NCBI GenBank assembly: GCA_019650355.1
Contig: BOWX01000003.1
Coordinates: forward strand, 38,996-102,995
Reading direction: 5' to 3'
DNA from: Fidelibacterota bacterium
Lineage (GTDB): Bacteria > Fidelibacterota > Marinisomatia > Marinisomatales > Marinisomataceae
Length of the DNA stretch: 64,000 bases
In this document: positions 1 through 10,502 of the stretch, piece by piece
Layout: every line of letters begins with the position of its first letter
Position numbering within the stretch: position 1 is the first letter of the stretch
Notes under the pieces: model-generated
Seen by the model: the letters and a program-made list of their open reading frames with translations, nothing else
Database searches by the model: none
Told to the model about the DNA's origin: nothing
Program-made: the position numbers and the translations under genes

Positions 1-1788
1 CTTAGTGCAGGATTTAATGTTTCAACTCAAAAAAAATCTGATTCAATTATGGAGTCAGTAGATGTTAACAAGATAAATACTAATGTTGATTATAATTTAA
101 GATTTCCAAGTGATAATTATATTGAAGCCTTTAAGTGGACTGAGAACTTCCCAATCATTGGAGAAAAATTGAGTGAAACAAGATTCTTTTACACACCATC
201 AACATTTACAACGGAATTCGTGTAAACAGAAACCTATCTGAAAAAATATCAAGAAGGAATTCTGAACTAATTGAAGATTTTAGTTTGGGACTAGAAAGAA
301 GATTTACTGTTAATTATAAGGTATTTGATAACACTCAATTGAATTATACAAAAAATATTAAAAGTGACATGTCGGATTACCGAGACGAAGTTTTAAATCA
401 ACTAAAAGTTGGTGCATTAACTAATATTAATGAAACTTTAAACTACACTTTTAGTCCCCAATGGCTGAGTTGGTTTAAACCTAATTTCACATATAATACA
501 AATTATGCGTGGATTCAGCCTAGAAATGGTATATACGACGCAGCAAATTTAAATTTAGTAAGAAATTCAGGTGTTAATTTTTCTATATCTCCAACAGAAG
601 TTATAGAAATATTTTATACCCCGGTTTCAAAGAGAGAATCAACAAAGACACCATCACGAACGAGGTCCAGAGGATTAGCAAGTTTTGACGCTGAAGATGA
701 AAATAAAAAGGAAGATGAAAAGAATCTTCAAAAGGATCAAAAAGTCTCTTGAAAATAATTTTGCTCTTGAAAGAATATATAATGAATCCAAGAAGATTGA
801 GCCTCTTACAATCAATATTACTAATATAACTACAAAGATTTCTAATGGAATAGATGGCAAAATTCCACTATCATATCGTTTAGGGTTTAAGGATAATCTT
901 GGATTAGATTCAATCTCCGAAGTTGGGTTGAATACAGGTAATGAAGATATCAAAAAATCATTTTCAGCCAGAACAGGTATACGATTTAATCCTCAATCAT
1001 CATTAATGATATCCTTTAATGAAAGTGTATCATCTAATATAAATGGATATAATATAGATATTCGCTCGACTACAAGAGATTATATTGGATTTGGAAGTTA
1101 TTTATCAAAAGGATTTCCATTTTCAAATTGGTCTTTTAGAGTTGGCGGGCTTGAAAAGATTGGTTTTATAAAGCCATATGTTAGTTCAATGTCATTAGAA
1201 CATTCTTTTTCTGGTAAGCAAAATTTATCATGGAAGTTTAACGAACAAGGCATCATGCCTATAAATCTTTTCAACATCTCATCTTTTGAAAATGGTAATG
1301 ATGATTATTTACAATTCTCAAGGATATCAAGGTCATTTTCACCTTTGATTGGAATTAGCACTACATTTAATAATGGAATTTCAACAAATTTAAGGAGTAA
1401 CATAACCCATACCTTAGATGAAGTTGCAAACGGTTTAACATATATATCTGATAACAGTATTCTTGCGACATTGACATATAATTTTTCAAAAGGTATTCGT
1501 TTTCCTCTTCCATTTTCTGAAAGAAATATTTATCTAAGAAATAATATGAATATTAGCTTAAACTTAGACTTTTCAAATAAAACAGAAGAGGGATCAAAGG
1601 ATAAAATTAATTTTGTTGAACAAAATTTTACAAATACTCAAAAAAGCGTTTTAAGAATTACTTATACTTTAACAGATGATATCACTGGAAGTTTGTTTTA
1701 TGAATATAGACAAACTGATACCCGCCTCACTGGAAGAAGAATTGATAGAGATTTTGGTATTAACTTAAATGTTGCAATAAGAGGATAA
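1..1788 (+). pseudogene. 3' ~1.8 kb of a large beta-strand-rich outer-membrane/cell-surface protein gene. SprA-like T9SS component is my best guess. The 5' end lies outside the window and the reading frame is broken twice.
   Basis: Three ORF pieces (1-225; ~214-752; 685-1788) whose translations continue one another. Breaks are at AA 209-211 and at the A5 run 739-743. Ser/Asn/Thr-rich alternating beta pattern with an acidic K/E/D linker. The family call is from memory only. Confidence 0.4.
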
Positions 1789-2700
1789 TGAAAAGTTTAT
1801 TTATAATCATATTATTTTTAGCTGGTTGTTCAACTAATAGTGTTGAAAAAAGTGTACCAGAGTTTGATCATAATAGAGCTTTCCAGCATCTGGTTGACCA
1901 ATGTGATTTTGGCCCTAGAAATCCTGGATCAATTGGTCATACAGAGTTTAGTAATTATTTAGAAGAATATTTGAATGTGCTTTCATCTGAATTAATTATT
2001 CAAGAATTTTCATACTTAGAACATTTAACCCAACATTGATAGAGATGGTAAGAATTTTGTTGCCAGATTTAATGTTGAATCAAAGGAAAGATTACTAATT
2101 GGTGCACATTGGGATACAAGATCCTTTTCAGATGAAGATCCAGATAAAGAAAAACATTCTATCCCTGTCTTAGGTGCTAATGATGGTGCAAGTGGTACAG
2201 CAATTCTAATGGAGCTTGCAACAATATTTTCAAAAAACAAACCTCCAATTGGAATTGATTTAGTTTTTTTTGACGCTGAGGATGTTGGAATTAATGGACA
2301 GCCATATACTTTTGCAATGGGCTCAGAATATTTTTCAAAAAATTTACCAATTGAGAAACCAAAATCAGCAATCATAGTGGATATGGTGGGTGATAAATAT
2401 TTAAAATTGCCCATTGAACGATTTTCTTATCAAACTAGCCCGGATATGGTTAAAGAAATTTGGAACTTAGCAGATGAGCTAGGTCTCAGCGCTTTTGAGT
2501 ACAGAATTGGTTATGAAATTTATGATGATCATGTTCCTTTATGGGAAAACGCTCAAATACCAGCAATTGATATTATTGATTTTGATTACCCTAATATATT
2601 TTATAATCATTGGCATACTCAAAACGATATTCCGGAAAATTGTTCTCCACAAAGCTTGCAACAAGTTGGAACTTTATTATTAAATTACATCTATGATTAA
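1788..2700 (+). pseudogene. M28-family peptidase / glutaminyl-cyclase-like lipoprotein, one frame break
   Basis: Lipobox LFLAGC. GAHWDTR, GANDGASG, FFDAEDVG and HTQND metal-site-like motifs. The N-terminal piece (1788-2039) continues in the frame of ORF 2209-2700, which is open from 2029. The break is at CCC 2029-2031. Its ATG overlaps the upstream stop (TAATG). Confidence 0.7.
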
Positions 2701-3715
2701 ATCATTAAATAAATATTTACTTGTTATGATTATTTTAGCATGCTCAAGTGGTGGCAGCTCACCTACAGATTCTGGAGATGATAATGGTAATGGAGATAAC
2801 ACAAATCCTTACGAACTTCCAAATGCTGTAGATTATGGCTTATCTAACCAAGTTGAGATTGTCACGTGGAATATTAGACAATTTCCACAACATTCATCAA
2901 CAAAAGACTATGTGAAGAATTTAATGGAAAAATGGGATGCTGATATTTATTTCCTTCAAGAAATGAGGTCAGAGTCAGAGTTGATAAGTATGGTGAATTC
3001 TATGCCTAATTACTCTTATGTTTTTGATGAAGAATCTGGAAATTTAGGATTTGCTCTAGTTTATAAAAATCAATACGTAACTTTTAATTCTAAAAATGAA
3101 TTATGGGCTGATACACCGAATAATGATGATGGTGATTCAGATTATGCCAATAATGCTTCATATCAATTTGCAGATAGACCTCCTATGGAGAATTATGTTA
3201 CATGGTCCGATGGAGTAAAAACAATTAATCTTTATTTAATTGGTATACATTATAAATGTTGTGGTGACGACTCTTATGATGCTAATGATACTGGAGATGA
3301 GACAACAAGGAGACACCACGCAAGTTTATTATTAACAGATTACATCATAAATAATAGAGCAAATGATAATGTTATTATTTTAGGAGATTTTAATAATGTT
3401 GGTTCTCAATCAATAACTAATCCCACTTTAAGTCCATTTACTGATCAAGATAACTTTGAGTCAGCTAATTCTTTTAAACTGACAGATTTAAGTATTCTTC
3501 AGGGGCCTGCAAGTGGATACTCTTGGCAGGGATGGTCAAGCTCATATTCAGCTTCTCACTTGGATCATATTATTATTAATCAGACAATGTTTACTTTGGA
3601 TGCTACATCAACATCAAGTGTTATTTCATTACCTACAGAGACAGGAATTTCTAATAATAATGTTGATGGTAAAATTTCTGATCATCAACCAGTAATGTAT
3701 CGATTTTATCCTTGA
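2693..3715 (+). CDS. Endonuclease/exonuclease/phosphatase (EEP) family lipoprotein
   Basis: Lipobox IILACSS. N-terminal VTWNIRQF and C-terminal SDHQPV motifs typical of the EEP fold. 8-nt overlap with the upstream gene. Confidence 0.7.
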   Translation: MIKSLNKYLLVMIILACSSGGSSPTDSGDDNGNGDNTNPYELPNAVDYGLSNQVEIVTWNIRQFPQHSSTKDYVKNLMEKWDADIYFLQEMRSESELISMVNSMPNYSYVFDEESGNLGFALVYKNQYVTFNSKNELWADTPNNDDGDSDYANNASYQFADRPPMENYVTWSDGVKTINLYLIGIHYKCCGDDSYDANDTGDETTRRHHASLLLTDYIINNRANDNVIILGDFNNVGSQSITNPTLSPFTDQDNFESANSFKLTDLSILQGPASGYSWQGWSSSYSASHLDHIIINQTMFTLDATSTSSVISLPTETGISNNNVDGKISDHQPVMYRFYP

Positions 3716-4452
3716 TTATTTTTTATAAAAATCTATTTAAATTTTTTGTTTTATTTTCGTTAATTGCTGGTCAAGAATTAAAAGATATTGATACTAAACT
3801 TAGTAATCTTGAGTTTGAACAAGTTCAATTACCTTTAGAACAACTTAATAGTAAATATCCCGAAAATAGTGATATTCTCTTAAGATTATCAATTACACAC
3901 CATTATTTATCGGAGTCAGCAATCGAAGAAGGCGAAGATAAAAAGAATGCTTTAAAGGCATTTAAATATATTGAGCAAGCAAATGATATCGATCCTGATA
4001 ATCCTAACATATTAAAATGGTATGTTATTGCTTTAGGTAAAACTGTTGAAGAGGATACAATTAGAAATCAAATTGAGCAGTCAAAAAATATTCAAACAAT
4101 TGCTTTAAAAGTTATTGAACTTCTACCTAATGATGAGTTTTGTTATAGTATTATGGGACAGTGGCACTATAAGTTGGCAGATTTAGGTAGAGCATCAAGA
4201 CGTATTGCTTCAATTTTATTTTCTGAACCTCCTAAGGGTTCTTTTGAAGAGGCACAATATTTCTTTGAAAAAAGTTTGCAGTACAACCCTGATTATATTG
4301 GTACGTATTATTGGCTTGGTAAAACCTATTTAAAGCTTGATAAAAAGCAAAAAGCGGTTGAACTTTTTCAAGTTGGAGTGACGTTGGATAGACCTTTTAA
4401 GCGAGAAGAAAAAGCATATCAAGGCATGAAAAGTTACTTAGAAAAGCTATAG
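3712..4452 (+). CDS. Secreted TPR-like repeat protein
   Basis: 246-aa ORF with a TTG start overlapping the upstream stop. Hydrophobic signal-like N-terminus. TPR-like helices (YYWLGKTYLKLDKKQKAVELF). Confidence 0.5.
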   Translation: MIIFYKNLFKFFVLFSLIAGQELKDIDTKLSNLEFEQVQLPLEQLNSKYPENSDILLRLSITHHYLSESAIEEGEDKKNALKAFKYIEQANDIDPDNPNILKWYVIALGKTVEEDTIRNQIEQSKNIQTIALKVIELLPNDEFCYSIMGQWHYKLADLGRASRRIASILFSEPPKGSFEEAQYFFEKSLQYNPDYIGTYYWLGKTYLKLDKKQKAVELFQVGVTLDRPFKREEKAYQGMKSYLEKL

Positions 4453-5229
4453 TTTTTTTACTTTTTTATAATTTTTAGAAATTTTAAATATCTCTGGCAA
4501 TTGTTTTTGTTCTAAATATTCTAACAAATTATAAGTGAAAGTTCCATTCTCACTTAATGCTTGAAATTTGATTGTTAAAGCATTGATATTTATATCATAT
4601 TCATCATACGGAATATCCATTGCATTCAAACCTAAATCAGGCGGAATTGTACCATTAAATAGCTGTTTTAATCTCTCATTCATTTTCAATTCTGTTTGAG
4701 ATTTTAAATTTGTTTCAGAAAACCAAATAAATAAACTTGATTCTTCATCATCATTTATAACGATTTCAGCTTTTCTTGTTTCAAAGTTATTCAAGATTTC
4801 TATTTCATCACTAATATTAATTTCAACACTTTCACTATTATTTGAGTCATTTTCCTCATCCATATTTTCTTGTGGAGGACCCCCCTGTGAATCATTTATG
4901 CTTTCTTCAAGAAATTCATTAAAGGAATAAACTGCAAACCTCTTTTTTTTATGGTTAATTTTTGTGACTGTAGAATCACTAAATGATATAATGTACCCAT
5001 CATCTCGCTTTATATTAAATAATCTTAAAACTTTAATATTAAAATTACTTCTTAAATAATAGGTATCTTGAGCAAAAAATTTATTTACACTACCTTCCAT
5101 TTTCCCTTGCGCAAAAGTTCCATTTAAACTTTCATTTACAAGATAATTTGATTGTGAATATGCATTATCGATAATGCATAGAAATAGAAAAATAAAAAAT
5201 TTGAAAGGGGTATTATAAACCAGTTTCAC
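4447..5229 (-). CDS. Hypothetical secreted protein with an acidic central region
   Basis: 260-aa ORF with a signal-peptide-like N-terminus (FFIFLFLCIIDNAYSQ) and a D/E/N-rich middle. I recognise no family. It overlaps the mdh 3' end by 17 nt. Confidence 0.45.
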   Translation of the reverse strand: MKLVYNTPFKFFIFLFLCIIDNAYSQSNYLVNESLNGTFAQGKMEGSVNKFFAQDTYYLRSNFNIKVLRLFNIKRDDGYIISFSDSTVTKINHKKKRFAVYSFNEFLEESINDSQGGPPQENMDEENDSNNSESVEINISDEIEILNNFETRKAEIVINDDEESSLFIWFSETNLKSQTELKMNERLKQLFNGTIPPDLGLNAMDIPYDEYDININALTIKFQALSENGTFTYNLLEYLEQKQLPEIFKISKNYKKVKKL

Positions 5230-6148
5230 TAACAGTTTTTTTTACTTCAACAAGAGTATTGTTTAGAGAAGATTTTTCCTCGTCGTTAAGATCAAAAGTA
5301 AGTATTTTTTCTACACCTCCAGAGCCGATGACTGTTGGTACTCCAATAAAGTAACCATCAATATCAAATTCACCTTCACATAGTGAAGCACAGGGAATAA
5401 CTCTTTTTTTATCTCTTACAAAACTTTCAATCATTTCAACAGCAGATTGAGCTGGTGCATAAAAAGCTGAACCTTTTCCAAAAAGTTTCACTATTTCTCC
5501 ACCACCAAATCTGGTTCTATCTTCGATAGCTGCAATTTCCTCTTTGCTAAGTAAAGAGAATAATGGAACTCCACCTACAGTAGCTAATCTACTTACAGGT
5601 ACCATAGTATCACCATGTCCACCTAAAACCATACAATTAACATCTTGTGATGACAAATTTGTAGCATCAGCAATGAAAGCTCTAAATCTTGCGCTATCAA
5701 GAGCTCCAGCCATTCCAACAACTCTGTTCTTTGGAAAACCAGAAATTTTGTAAAAAGCATATACCATAGCATCAAGAGGATTAGAAACAACAATTACAAA
5801 TGCTTCTGGAGCAAAATTTTTGACTTGATTAGCAACATTAGTCATTATATCTAGATTTTTTTGAAGTAAATCTTCTCTATCCATTCCAGGCTGTCTTGGA
5901 AATCCTGCGGTTATTACTACAACATCAGAATCTTTAATATCTTCAAACTTTGAAGTACCTGATAATTTAGCGTCGTAGCCATCATGAGGAAGAAGCTGTG
6001 AAATATCTAAAGCTTTTCCTTTCATGAAGTTTTCTGCTTCAGGTATATCAACAATGACGATATCGCCGAGTTCTTTCTGCGCAGAAAGCAATGCGATATT
6101 TCCACCAACTTGACCGCCACCAATTAATGATATTTTAGGTCTAGTCAT
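5213..6148 (-). CDS. mdh: Malate dehydrogenase (LDH-like, NAD-dependent)
   Basis: Rossmann motif KISLIGGGQVGG. ITAGFPRQPGMDREDL substrate-loop and GGHGDTMVP motifs characteristic of LDH-type MDH. 311 aa. Confidence 0.9.
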   Translation of the reverse strand: MTRPKISLIGGGQVGGNIALLSAQKELGDIVIVDIPEAENFMKGKALDISQLLPHDGYDAKLSGTSKFEDIKDSDVVVITAGFPRQPGMDREDLLQKNLDIMTNVANQVKNFAPEAFVIVVSNPLDAMVYAFYKISGFPKNRVVGMAGALDSARFRAFIADATNLSSQDVNCMVLGGHGDTMVPVSRLATVGGVPLFSLLSKEEIAAIEDRTRFGGGEIVKLFGKGSAFYAPAQSAVEMIESFVRDKKRVIPCASLCEGEFDIDGYFIGVPTVIGSGGVEKILTFDLNDEEKSSLNNTLVEVKKTVSETGL

Positions 6149-6151
6149 AGC

Positions 6152-6406
6152 TTAATTTAATTCTTGAACACTAACAAAGGTAGTACCACCTTTTTTGCTA
6201 AACTTGACTAAGCCATGAGATGTAGCAAATAAAGTGTCATCATTTCCTCTTTTTACATTTCTTCCAGGATGATACTTTGTACCTCTTTGTTTTATAATAA
6301 TTCCACCAGCTAAAATTGACTGTCCATCAGAAACTTTAACGCCTAGTCTTTTAGCATTAGAATCTCTACCATTTCTTGAACTTCCTTGTCCCTTCTTATG
6401 AGCCAT
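6152..6406 (-). CDS. rpmA: 50S ribosomal protein L27
   Basis: [25 protein letters not shown]-terminus and [10 protein letters not shown] motif. 84 aa. Confidence 0.95.
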   Translation of the reverse strand: MAHKKGQGSSRNGRDSNAKRLGVKVSDGQSILAGGIIIKQRGTKYHPGRNVKRGNDDTLFATSHGLVKFSKKGGTTFVSVQELN

Positions 6407-6418
6407 AGTTAATTCCTT

Positions 6419-6793
6419 TTACTTTTTACTTTCAGTTTTCTTAGCAGCTGGTTTCTTAGCAGCTGGTTTTTTTGTTTTAGCAGCTGAAATAGATTGAATT
6501 TGCAGTAGTGTTAGATCTTGACGGTGACCACGTTTTCTTTGGTAGCCTTTTCGTCTTTTTTTCTTAATAATTGTAACCTTAGCATCCCTTGAATGTTCAA
6601 GCACCTTAGCACTAACATTGTATTTAGCTAAGTCTTTCGCTTCAAAAATACTCTTATCTTTGTCTGAGATAGCTTTTACACTGTCAAACTTAATAGTTTT
6701 TCCTTCAGCAACATCAATCTTAGAATTAACTAAGACCTTGTCGCCCTTAGCGACTTTATACTGTTTTCCATATATTTCAACAATTGCAAACAT
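6419..6793 (-). CDS. rplU: 50S ribosomal protein L21 with a Lys/Ala-rich C-terminal tail
   Basis: MFAIVEIYGKQYKV... typical L21 core. About 20 extra residues (KKPAAKKPAAKKTESKK). Confidence 0.9.
   Translation of the reverse strand: MFAIVEIYGKQYKVAKGDKVLVNSKIDVAEGKTIKFDSVKAISDKDKSIFEAKDLAKYNVSAKVLEHSRDAKVTIIKKKRRKGYQRKRGHRQDLTLLQIQSISAAKTKKPAAKKPAAKKTESKK
6437..6466 (-). repeat. Perfect 2 x 15-bp tandem repeat inside the rplU tail (encodes PAAKK PAAKK)
   Basis: TTTCTTAGCAGCTGG occurs at 6437-6451 and again at 6452-6466. Confidence 0.85.
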
Positions 6794-6826
6794 AGCGTGG
6801 GAACTTAATAGCTAATTTTGTCCTTT

Positions 6827-8344
6827 TCAAGTACCTATTTCATTTGTGATATCTTTTGAATCTGACATCTTTGTAAATCTAAATTGATTTTTATTCATTG
6901 TATCATCATTAACTACTTTTAAATAGATGAAATTTTTCCACATCAATCTTATATAGTCTCGCGTCTTTTCTTTTTTGAGATAATCTGATAATTCAGGATG
7001 TAAAAATAATTTTAATCTTAAATCTTTATTTTGCTTCTTATAATCCCTTAACCAATAATCAATTCTTGTTAATAATGTATCTTTTGAAATGATTCTTCCG
7101 TTTCCATTACACACCTCACAACAATCTGTTAATGAATCTATGATACTTAAACCTGTTCGTTCTCTTGTCATTTCTAAAATACCAAATTCCGATATTTCTG
7201 ATACCGCAACTTTAGCACGATCTTTTCTGAGTTCTTTTTTCATCTCAAGAAATACTTTTTTGCGATTCTCTGGTTTAACCATATCAATGAAATCAATTAA
7301 GATTAATCCTGATAGATGTCTTAATCTTAATTGAGCACAAATTTCTTTTGCAGCTTCTAAGTTTATTTTCAAAGAGTTTTCTTCATGACCTTTTTTACCA
7401 ACAAACTTTCCACTATTGACATCAACTACAACCATAGCTTCAGTTCTTTCAATAATCAAATAAGCACCACTTTTTAACCATGCTTTTTTTCTTAATAATT
7501 TCATCATAGAATTATTGATGCCACTTTCCTTAAATAATGGCTCTCTTTTTCTGTAATGCTCTAAAGCATCTCCAATATCTAAAGCATCTTCTTTAATCAT
7601 TTTTTGGATTTTTTTGTAATCTTCTTTTGAATCAACAATGATTTTTTCAACTTTTTCACTAATCAAATCTCTTAAAACACTTGAAGTTACCTTTAAATCA
7701 TTATGGACAAGTTTAGGTGCCTTATTTTTTTCAGCCTTATAAAGAAGGTCATTATATTTTTTAATCAATGATTTGTAGTCATTTTCAATTTGTGAATCAG
7801 TTTTACCTTCAGCAACTGTTCTGAGGATCATTCCTAAACCAGGTTGTTTAATTTCCATTGCAATTTTTTTCAAACGTCTTCTTTCATATTTATCTCTCAT
7901 TTTTTTTGATACCCCAATATATTTTGATTTTGGTATCAAAACGATAAATCGTCCAGCTATTGATAGATCAGTAGTTACTCGAGCACCTTTTTTATCAAAA
8001 GGTTCTTTAATGACTTGGACTATAATTTCTTGACCTGGTTGCAAGAGAACATCTACTTCTTTTGAGTTTTGAGTTTTTTTGTTTTTTTCTACAATAAGTT
8101 CAGAATCTGAAATTTCTGAAAAAGGTAGGAACGCATTTACATCTTGACCAATATTTACAAATGCAGCTTGCATACCTGGAATAACATTTTCAACAATACC
8201 TTTATAGATATTTCCGACAGTTTTAACTTGGGATTGTTTATCAACGTGTAGTTCAGCTAACTTACCGTTTTCTTTCACGGCAATACGAGTTTCACCTACT
8301 CCTTTGCTGATGTAGATTTCTTTCTTCATCTTTATATACCTCAT
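6827..8344 (-). CDS. rng: Ribonuclease G/E family endoribonuclease
   Basis: S1-domain N-terminus (GNIYKGIVENVIPGMQAAFVNIG). VVVDVNSG and LIIDFIDM catalytic-core motifs. CxxC Zn-link. A second ATG at 8329 (MKKEIYISKG) with GAGG 9 nt upstream is the more likely start. Confidence 0.85.
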   Translation of the reverse strand: MRYIKMKKEIYISKGVGETRIAVKENGKLAELHVDKQSQVKTVGNIYKGIVENVIPGMQAAFVNIGQDVNAFLPFSEISDSELIVEKNKKTQNSKEVDVLLQPGQEIIVQVIKEPFDKKGARVTTDLSIAGRFIVLIPKSKYIGVSKKMRDKYERRRLKKIAMEIKQPGLGMILRTVAEGKTDSQIENDYKSLIKKYNDLLYKAEKNKAPKLVHNDLKVTSSVLRDLISEKVEKIIVDSKEDYKKIQKMIKEDALDIGDALEHYRKREPLFKESGINNSMMKLLRKKAWLKSGAYLIIERTEAMVVVDVNSGKFVGKKGHEENSLKINLEAAKEICAQLRLRHLSGLILIDFIDMVKPENRKKVFLEMKKELRKDRAKVAVSEISEFGILEMTRERTGLSIIDSLTDCCEVCNGNGRIISKDTLLTRIDYWLRDYKKQNKDLRLKLFLHPELSDYLKKEKTRDYIRLMWKNFIYLKVVNDDTMNKNQFRFTKMSDSKDITNEIGT

Positions 8345-8345
8345 T

Positions 8346-8367
8346 AATCAGAAGAATTCTTCTGATT
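8346..8367 (-). promoter_or_regulatory. Perfect 22-bp palindrome in the rng 5' leader (candidate leader hairpin or operator)
   Basis: AATCAGAAGAATTCTTCTGATT equals its own reverse complement. It lies 2 nt upstream of the first ATG and just upstream of the GAGG preceding the second ATG. Confidence 0.4.
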
Positions 8368-8521
8368 TCTTTCATTTTATTTGTTGAGTTGAGGAGAGAA
8401 GAATTTTATAAGAAAATTACTTTAAATAAAAAAAATTATAAAAAAACTGTTTTAAGCTTCACGCCTCAAAATCATATTAATTTAACGAAATTTACATTTA
8501 AAATGCATATTATCTATTCTT

Positions 8522-9301
8522 ATGTTTAATGAAGAATTAATTGCAGCAAAAGTAGCAGCAAGAAATGCTGGAAAAATCCTTATGAAATATTATAAGTCAG
8601 AGGATAATAAAGTCAAAATGAAAGGAATTGACAATCCAGTTACAATTGCTGATAATGAAGCCGATGAATACTTATCTGATTTTTTAATAGGCGAATTTCC
8701 TAATGACGGCTGGCTTTCAGAAGAAACAGTTGATACGGAAGAAAGACTTAGTAAAGATAGAGTTTGGATTGTTGATCCCTTAGATGGTACCAAAGAATTT
8801 ATTGAGGGTATTCCACATTTTTCTGTTAGTATTGCTATGGTTTATGATGGACACCCTGTCGTTGGTGTTATTTATAATCCTGCAACCGATGAAATGTTTT
8901 CATGTCAAAAAAATAAAGGAGTTTATTTGAATGGTAAAAAGGTAAATGTCGGTCAAAAAACAAATTTATTAGATGCATCCATAACGGTTAGCAGATCGGA
9001 GGTAAAAAGAAAAGAGTGGGAGCCATATCGTAATGACTTTAAATCTATTAATCCTATTGGTAGTGTTGCATATAAGTTAGCACTTGTCAGTTCAGGTAAT
9101 TATGATATTTTTACGACAATTGCCCCAAAAAATGAATGGGATATATGTGCAGGAGATTGTCTTGTTTCAGAAGCAGGAGGAGTATTTAAAACGATTAATG
9201 ACAAAAAAATTATTTATAATCAAAAAAAAACACTTGTTACAGATACAATTATTGCTACAAATTCAGTATTGTTTGAGGGGGTTTCAGACTTGCTTTTTTA
9301 G
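8522..9301 (+). CDS. Inositol-monophosphatase-family phosphatase, CysQ-like 3'(2'),5'-bisphosphate nucleotidase
   Basis: WIVDPLDGTKEFI and NEWDICAGD motifs. DGTKEF is the CysQ-type variant. Confidence 0.65.
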   Translation: MFNEELIAAKVAARNAGKILMKYYKSEDNKVKMKGIDNPVTIADNEADEYLSDFLIGEFPNDGWLSEETVDTEERLSKDRVWIVDPLDGTKEFIEGIPHFSVSIAMVYDGHPVVGVIYNPATDEMFSCQKNKGVYLNGKKVNVGQKTNLLDASITVSRSEVKRKEWEPYRNDFKSINPIGSVAYKLALVSSGNYDIFTTIAPKNEWDICAGDCLVSEAGGVFKTINDKKIIYNQKKTLVTDTIIATNSVLFEGVSDLLF

Positions 9302-9332
9302 TGTAGTTTGATATAAAATTCAACATAAAATT

Positions 9333-10502
9333 ATGAAATATATTGGTCCAGATTTTTGCAACATTACGACTCTTTTAACAGATGAAGAGCTGTTAATTCA
9401 AAAAACAGCAAACGAATTTGTAACAAAAGAGTTTATGCCTTTGGTAAATGAATATTATGAAAAAGGTTCATTCCCTGTTGATTTAATCCCAAAAATGGGT
9501 GAGCTAGGATTTTTTGGTGCAACATTACCTAAAAAATATGGTGGTAGTGAAATTAGCAATACTGCTTATGGTTTAATTATGCAGGAATTAGAAAAAGGTG
9601 ATTCAGGTTTAAGATCTGTTTGTAGTGTTCAAGGCGGTCTTGTAATGTATCCTATTTTTCAATATGGAACAGAAGAGCAAAAAGATAAATGGCTCCCTAA
9701 GCTTGCATCCGGAGAAGCTGTAGGCTGTTTTGGTTTAACTGAGTCTAATCATGGATCTGATCCTGGCGGAATGGCTACTAAAGCCGTAAAGGATGGAGAT
9801 GACTGGATTATTAATGGATCTAAAATGTGGATCACTAATGGAACTGTTGCAGATGTAGCGGTAGTTTGGGCTAAAGATGAAGAAGGCATAGTAAGAGGTT
9901 TTCTACTTGAAAAAGGAATGGATGGTTTTACTGCATCCGATATTCATGGTAAAATGAGTTTAAGAGCATCTATTACTTCTGAATTATTTATGAAAGATGT
10001 AAGAGTTTCTGATAAAAATCGTTTGCCAGGAGTTGAGGGTTTAAAAGGTCCATTATCTTGTCTGACTCAAGCCCGATATTCAATTGTTTGGGGAACAATA
10101 GGAGCAGCAATAGATTGTTATGAAGTTGCACTTGCCTACAGTAAGGATAGAAAACAGTTCTCAAAACCTATAGCAGGCTTCCAATTGACTCAAAAAAAAT
10201 TAGTTGAAATGGTTCAAGAAATCACCAAAGCTCAATTATTAGCAATTCAATTGGGCAAATTAAAAGATTCAAACCTTTTGGATTTTGCTCATATTTCTCT
10301 TGGAAAGAAAAATAATGTAGCAATTGCAAGAGATTGCGCTAAAAGTGCAAGAGAAATTCTTGGAGCTAATGGTATAATGGATGATTATTCAGTAATGAGA
10401 CATATGATGAATCTTGAAACAGTTTACACATATGAAGGAACACATGAAATCCACACATTGATTCTTGGGCAGAAGATTACTGATTTACCTGCTTTTGAAT
10501 AG
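9333..10502 (+). CDS. gcdH: Acyl-CoA dehydrogenase, glutaryl-CoA dehydrogenase-like
   Basis: 389 aa. GLTESNHGSDPGGM, WITNG and YTYEGTHEIHTLILG motifs typical of the GCDH subgroup. Confidence 0.8.
   Translation: MKYIGPDFCNITTLLTDEELLIQKTANEFVTKEFMPLVNEYYEKGSFPVDLIPKMGELGFFGATLPKKYGGSEISNTAYGLIMQELEKGDSGLRSVCSVQGGLVMYPIFQYGTEEQKDKWLPKLASGEAVGCFGLTESNHGSDPGGMATKAVKDGDDWIINGSKMWITNGTVADVAVVWAKDEEGIVRGFLLEKGMDGFTASDIHGKMSLRASITSELFMKDVRVSDKNRLPGVEGLKGPLSCLTQARYSIVWGTIGAAIDCYEVALAYSKDRKQFSKPIAGFQLTQKKLVEMVQEITKAQLLAIQLGKLKDSNLLDFAHISLGKKNNVAIARDCAKSAREILGANGIMDDYSVMRHMMNLETVYTYEGTHEIHTLILGQKITDLPAFE

Noticed and set aside
675-953. Antisense ORFs lying inside longer, well-supported genes. The ORF track lists 675-953, 2025-2414, 5544-5753, 6618-6815, 7089-7334, 8590-8793, 11744-11992, 12389-12595, 12918-13100, 13796-13993, 16970-17164, 17815-18060, 21782-21988, 21798-22034, 23539-23760, 24413-24703, 29236-29517, 34703-34930, 38801-38983, 39910-40128, 42573-42764, 45493-45747, 46705-46983, 48386-48619, 49044-49277, 50407-50784, 56890-57084 and 62345-62686.
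   Set aside because: Each is fully contained in, or largely overlaps, a gene with strong family motifs on the other strand. Their translations are low-complexity (Ile/Leu/Phe/Ser-rich), as expected for shadow frames in AT-rich DNA, and I saw no motifs.
2495-2683. Same-strand, out-of-frame short ORFs (2495-2683, 3513-3695, 9084-9311, 52967-53215, 58385-58645).
   Set aside because: They are embedded in confidently assigned genes in another frame, and their products are unrecognisable and low-complexity.
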